A stretch of DNA of 20,000 nt, taken from the IMG/VR virus record IMGVR_UViG_2684623068_000003. One strand, written 5' to 3'. A model generated the notes under the pieces. That model did no database searches. It saw nothing but the letters and a program-made list of their open reading frames with translations, and was not told where the DNA came from. This document shows positions 16,200 through 20,000 of this stretch, piece after piece. The DNA comes from an uncultured virus (IMG/VR IMGVR_UViG_2684623068_000003) (taxonomy: Duplodnaviria; Heunggongvirae; Uroviricota; Caudoviricetes). How positions within the stretch are numbered: the stretch's first letter is position 1; the number at the start of each line of letters is the position of its first letter. Made by a program: the position numbers and the translations under genes.

Positions 16200-16700
16200 T
16201 TAGTGGAGATATTGCTCGGGTCTTACCGCTGTTAATACTGTTGGGGCGTATCTGAATAAACTAAATAATTCACGTAATGCACGAAATAACTTTTCACGCC
16301 ATAGGCATGTTTCATTATCCATATACCAATATGGTTGGCTAAACTCGATATCAGTAAGGCCAGCATGACGGAAAAGCGTTCTGCGCTGACTGACTGTTAG
16401 GCGACGGATAAATCCAGATTTGCTAATGCCATGTTTACGATATTCAGCAAATGCGCGGCTTAGTTCTGCAATAACACAGACCACACGCTCGCGATCGGCG
16501 TCGTTCATCTCCTCTAGCTTAACCACTGCATAATGCTGTTTTAAAAACGCATGAAAACAGATTGTCGCCCGTTCGCGCTCAGTCATACGGTTGTAAAAGC
16601 CACAAGTCTCGCTCCAGCGTGGAGCCGCTAGATGTTTGCTGATTATATCGCGCAAACCAGCTGGCAATTCTTTTACTGAATCAAGAGTTACAACGGTCAT
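16200..16700 (-). CDS. B: Replication protein gpB (DnaB helicase loader)
   Basis: 166 aa; KHLAAPRW, ERERATICFHA, LTVSQRRTLFRHAGLT, LFRALRELFSLF..APTVLTAVRPEQYLH. Confidence 0.93.
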   Translation of the reverse strand: MTVVTLDSVKELPAGLRDIISKHLAAPRWSETCGFYNRMTERERATICFHAFLKQHYAVVKLEEMNDADRERVVCVIAELSRAFAEYRKHGISKSGFIRRLTVSQRRTLFRHAGLTDIEFSQPYWYMDNETCLWREKLFRALRELFSLFRYAPTVLTAVRPEQYLH

Positions 16701-16863
16701 GGTGCCCCCATGGAATAAAGCGGTTAATGCTTTTGGTCTTGCCTAAACTTCTACCCCGGATAATGATCCCCTTACGGCCTTTGCCGTGGGTGATGTGTGT
16801 ATCCAGTGAGCGAGCTGTCTGATGGTCCCAGAGCAATGGAGCTATTGAGATTGGTTGCTTCAT
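16681..16863 (-). CDS. P2 Orf78-position small early protein
   Basis: 60 aa; strong GGAGGGG RBS; lies between cox and B. Confidence 0.65.
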   Translation of the reverse strand: MKQPISIAPLLWDHQTARSLDTHITHGKGRKGIIIRGRSLGKTKSINRFIPWGHHDRCNS

Positions 16864-16881
16864 GATCCCCTCCTTTGGAAG

Positions 16882-17157
16882 TTATTTTGATGGTTCACCA
16901 AGCCCTAACCATTGCAACCACCCTTCTCTAATCTCTTTAGGGCGGCTTTCATAGGCCAATTTCATTCCCGCATTCCACGCTGGTAGATAGACCCACTTTT
17001 CTGGACGGGCTGATGGAGATTGAGGATCTTTCATATCAACATATGGCAGTTTCCCTTTTTCGATCATCTTCGTAACCGCCGTAGGAGTTTTTCCAATAAC
17101 TTTTGCAAACTCATGCGCGGGCAAAGCGTCTGAAACACTTACCACCTGTTTACTCAT
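16882..17157 (-). CDS. cox: Cox (excisionase / Pc repressor)
   Basis: 91 aa; DALPAHEFAKVIGKT...MIEKGKLP...WVYLPAWN.GMKLAYESRPKEIREGWLQWLGLGEP closely matches recalled P2 Cox. Confidence 0.95.
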   Translation of the reverse strand: MSKQVVSVSDALPAHEFAKVIGKTPTAVTKMIEKGKLPYVDMKDPQSPSARPEKWVYLPAWNAGMKLAYESRPKEIREGWLQWLGLGEPSK

Positions 17158-17247
17158 CTGATAATCTCCCCAATGGTTTTCATAAGTAGACGATAAGCAC
17201 CTATTGGCGACTACAATCGACCGTTAACGCCAGTAGGTATTGTCTGT

Positions 17248-17286
17248 ATACGTACAATTATTAGTGGGATACGTACAACATGTCAA
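17248..17286 (-). promoter_or_regulatory. Early promoter Pe with two direct-repeat C operators
   Basis: Minus strand TTGACA (17281-17286), 17 bp, TAATAAT (17257-17263); exact direct repeat ATACGTACAA at 17248-17257 and 17269-17278 flanks the -10; same layout as P2 Pe/O1/O2. Confidence 0.85.
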
Positions 17287-17579
17287 TGACTATAGGTCAA
17301 AAGATGAGAGTCATGAGGGAAAGTGAGCAGCTAAATCGTAGGCAAACTGCTGAATTAATAGGAGTTCCTTACGGTAGTCTGAATCATTATGAAAGTGGAA
17401 GGATGATTCCCTCTACAGACATATCAATGAAGCTGCTTCAACACCCTAAATTTCAAAAATATACGCTTTGGTTTATGACCGATGAGACTGCACCTGAATC
17501 CGGACAGATTGCTCCGGCACTCGCACACTGTGGGCAAGACGAAACAACCTCGCAGCACTCAGACCAAAAGATTGGCTAA
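17280..17579 (+). CDS. C: Immunity repressor C
   Basis: 99 aa; HTH (LIGVPYGSLNHYESGR) and conserved C-terminus KYTLWFMT...APESGQIAPALAH.GQDETTS; divergent from cox. Confidence 0.95.
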   Translation: MSMTIGQKMRVMRESEQLNRRQTAELIGVPYGSLNHYESGRMIPSTDISMKLLQHPKFQKYTLWFMTDETAPESGQIAPALAHCGQDETTSQHSDQKIG

Positions 17580-17678
17580 CTATTTACGGTGCGTATCTGT
17601 GTAGTAGATGCCCTGTAACAACTTGTTATGCATATACACATAAAGAGTTAGTTATAAGACCTATTGGAGGGATTTCTT

Positions 17679-18662
17679 ATGTCAATTAAGAAACTCGAAG
17701 ATGGTCGCTATGAAGTGGACATTAGACCGAGTGGGCGCAACGGAAAGCGTATCCGTCGGAAGTTTGACAAAAGACATGAGGCATTAGCCTTTGAGCGTTA
17801 TACGAATGCCAATCACCACACTAAAGAGTGGTTATCAAAGCCAGCAGATAAACGCCCACTGTCTGATTTGATTGATATTTGGTGGCGATACCATGGCAAG
17901 CACCGTGGCCATGGTACATCTGCGCTAATGAAATTAGAGAGAATCGCAAGAATGATGGGTAATCCCGCAACATTTCAGATAGATAGAGCGCGCATAACAG
18001 CCTATAGGTCTGAGCGGTTAGCTGAGGGAGTAAAAGCATCTACCATCAATCGGGAAATGACGGCGATTAGCGGCATGTTTACCGATCTTATCGAGTCAGA
18101 CCTCTATGCTGGCGAACACCCAGTTAGAGGAGCTGGAAAGCTCAAAGAGGAAAACACAGAAATGAGTTACCTCAATAGTGATGAGATCGCCACCTTGCTT
18201 TCGATATTAACTGGTGACAACCGTAAAATTGCCATTCTTTGTCTTAGCACTGGCGCTAGATGGGGGGAGGCAACGAAGTTGAAACGAGAACATGTCGTGC
18301 ATAATGTGGTGACGTTCGTACAGACCAAAAATGGGAAGCGACGTAGCGTTCCTATTTCCTCAGAGGTTGCGGCAGAAATTTTGCAACAAAAAAGCGGCTT
18401 ATTATTCCCAAAGGCTTCTTATTGTGGCTTTCGAAGCGCAGTAAATAACGCCAAGCCAGACTTACCAAATGGACAGTCAACCCACGCATTGAGGCATACA
18501 TTTGCCACACATTTTATGATGAATGGTGGAAATATAATTACCCTGCAAAAGATTTTGGGTCACTCTAAAATCGAACAAACTATGAACTATGCTCACTTTG
18601 CCCCCGACTTTTTACAGGATGCAATTTCATATAATCCATTACAGGGGAAAGCAGATGTTTAA
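17679..18662 (+). CDS. int: P2-type tyrosine integrase
   Basis: Start MSIKKLEDGRYEVDIRPSGRNGKRIRRKF at ATG 17679 after GGAGG; catalytic motifs LSTGARWGEA, K (TKNG), HALRHTFA, LGH, TMNYAH. Confidence 0.97.
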   Translation: MSIKKLEDGRYEVDIRPSGRNGKRIRRKFDKRHEALAFERYTNANHHTKEWLSKPADKRPLSDLIDIWWRYHGKHRGHGTSALMKLERIARMMGNPATFQIDRARITAYRSERLAEGVKASTINREMTAISGMFTDLIESDLYAGEHPVRGAGKLKEENTEMSYLNSDEIATLLSILTGDNRKIAILCLSTGARWGEATKLKREHVVHNVVTFVQTKNGKRRSVPISSEVAAEILQQKSGLLFPKASYCGFRSAVNNAKPDLPNGQSTHALRHTFATHFMMNGGNIITLQKILGHSKIEQTMNYAHFAPDFLQDAISYNPLQGKADV

Positions 18663-18737
18663 TGTCCACATCGCGTCCACACTCAAGGTGAGTATAGGCG
18701 CGTTTAGTCGACTATAGAGCAATGTAACCTGTTGTTT
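18663..18737. other. att arm region: two Int arm-type sites and an IHF-like site
   Basis: TGTCCACA (18663-18670) and CGTCCACA (18674-18681) are reverse complements of the P2 arm consensus TGTGGACA; minus strand AAACAACAGGTTA (18725-18737) has one mismatch to WATCAANNNNTTR. Confidence 0.78.
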
Positions 18738-18768
18738 CTATTATCTACCCTACTATTTCCGGCCTAGT

Positions 18769-18798
18769 TCAAGGCCTCATTCGAGGCCTTGATTTTTT
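18769..18798 (+). terminator. Intrinsic terminator hairpin, probable att core region
   Basis: TCAAGGCCTC-ATTC-GAGGCCTTGA followed by TTTTTT; lies between the arm/IHF sites and the yfcJ stop codon. Confidence 0.75.
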
Positions 18799-18803
18799 AT
18801 CAC

Positions 18804-20000
18804 CTAAGACTCAACGGTCTGCGACGCAGCTGGTCGCAAGAAAAGCAGAATAACGATAATACCCAGCGCAGAGCATGCTGCGCCAACGGCAAATACCGAT
18901 GAATAGCCCAGCGTGGTTGCCAAAATACCCGTTAATGGCCCAGCGATAGCGTAGGAAACATCCTGAAAAGCAGCATACCCGCCCATCGCAGTGCCTCGTA
19001 CATGAACCGGTACTCTTTTTACGACTTCAACACCCAAGGCGGGGAACATTAATGAGCACCCGGCTCCCGTTAAAGCAGCACCGATAAGAGCTAAAATGGA
19101 GGTGCTTGCTAAATAAATTAGAACCAGCCCGATGGTTTCAACAACCAGCGATGCAATAGCGACCTTCATTCCACCCATTCGGTCTGGCAACTGGCCAAAC
19201 AATACTCGCATTAGTACAAAAGAGAGCCCGAAGCTGGTGAGTGCCAATCCCGCATGTGCCCAACCGTGAGAACTAAATAATAGCGAAATGAACGTGCCAA
19301 TAACGGCAAAACCGACGCCTTGCAGCGCCAGAGCTACACCTGGTTGCCAAATTTTACCCAGCATCCGCCACATAGGGATGCGCTGCCCAGCATGAGGTGC
19401 AACGGGCTTTACTTTGAAATTAATCAAAATAGCGACAAGCGGTAAAATCAGAGTAGAAATGCCTAATGCAGCAAATCCCCAATATTGATTCAGCAGCAAA
19501 CCAAGTGGCGCACCTGCCGCAAGAGCACCATAAATGGCCATGCCCGTCCATGACATGACTTTACCTGAGCGGGATGGTCCTAATAGACCTAAACCCCAGG
19601 TCAAATTTCCTGTTAAAAGCTGGCTTTCGCCGAAACCTAATACCAATCGTCCAACCAAAAGAATGACAAATTTAGTCATGGCATCAACCGGCAACAACGC
19701 AGCCAATAGATAAGCGACGCCCGCCAACGAGCAAGCCAACATGCCTTGGAGCGTGGAGCGCTTAGCGCCCTGTTGATCGGCTAACCGTCCCGCATAGCCG
19801 CGAGTAAGTACCGTTGCAAGAAACTGCATTCCCACAGCGATCCCCACCATGGTATTACTCATGCCTAATTGGTTATGCACATATAAGGGAATAACCGGTA
19901 AAGGTAATCCTACCGTGAGATAAGTAAGAAAAACGGCTGACGTCAAAGGAAACAGCGCATGATTTGCTTTGGGGGTACTAATAAAATGAGATTGAGACAT
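18804..20000 (-). CDS. yfcJ: MFS transporter, YfcJ/YhhS family (host gene)
   Basis: 398 aa with about 12 hydrophobic segments; [75 protein letters not shown] match recalled E. coli YfcJ. Confidence 0.92.
   Translation of the reverse strand: MSQSHFISTPKANHALFPLTSAVFLTYLTVGLPLPVIPLYVHNQLGMSNTMVGIAVGMQFLATVLTRGYAGRLADQQGAKRSTLQGMLACSLAGVAYLLAALLPVDAMTKFVILLVGRLVLGFGESQLLTGNLTWGLGLLGPSRSGKVMSWTGMAIYGALAAGAPLGLLLNQYWGFAALGISTLILPLVAILINFKVKPVAPHAGQRIPMWRMLGKIWQPGVALALQGVGFAVIGTFISLLFSSHGWAHAGLALTSFGLSFVLMRVLFGQLPDRMGGMKVAIASLVVETIGLVLIYLASTSILALIGAALTGAGCSLMFPALGVEVVKRVPVHVRGTAMGGYAAFQDVSYAIAGPLTGILATTLGYSSVFAVGAACSALGIIVILLFLRPAASQTVES

Larger units (their letters stand above)
77..18792. mobile_element. 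P2-like prophage (left boundary not established; probably extends beyond position 1)
   Basis: P2 gene order int-C-cox-orf78-B-orf80-orf81-orf83-A-[cargo]-cos-Q-P-O-N-M-L-X-Y-K-lysB-lysC-R-S-[cargo]; P2-type ori, cos and Int arm sites; host gene begins right after the att-like region. Confidence 0.96.

Noticed and set aside
18740..18800. tRNA, tmRNA or CyaR 3' end as the integration target
   Set aside because: No T-loop/CCA end, ssrA tail or CyaR terminator sequence is recognisable.
1..20000. CRISPR array, retron or DGR elements, rRNA
   Set aside because: No regularly spaced repeats, reverse transcriptase motifs or rRNA-like sequence seen.

Overview
Positions ~1-18,790 are a P2-like (Peduovirus-type) temperate prophage, followed by the host MFS transporter gene yfcJ (18,804-20,000). 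Reading right to left: an att junction (Int arm sites, IHF-like site, terminator hairpin), int, the C repressor / cox switch with a distinct operator repeat, early genes (orf78-like, B, orf80/81/83-like, A with an exact P2 ori), an AT-rich 560-577 aa membrane-protein gene in the A-cos cargo hotspot, cos, portal and terminase (Q, P), the head operon (O, N, M, L), X, the lysis cassette (Y, K, lysB, lysC; no lysA), and tail-completion genes R and S, fused in frame by an apparent 2-bp insertion. A second cargo locus after S holds an IS-end-like remnant, a bulged hairpin, a higBA toxin-antitoxin operon and an AT-rich two-TM/coiled-coil gene. Baseplate, fibre, sheath, tube, tape-measure and ogr genes are not in the window. 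The best candidates for a new system are the two uncharacterised AT-rich membrane-protein cargo genes (possible anti-phage defence or superinfection exclusion). All family assignments come from recalled sequences and motifs, not from database searches.
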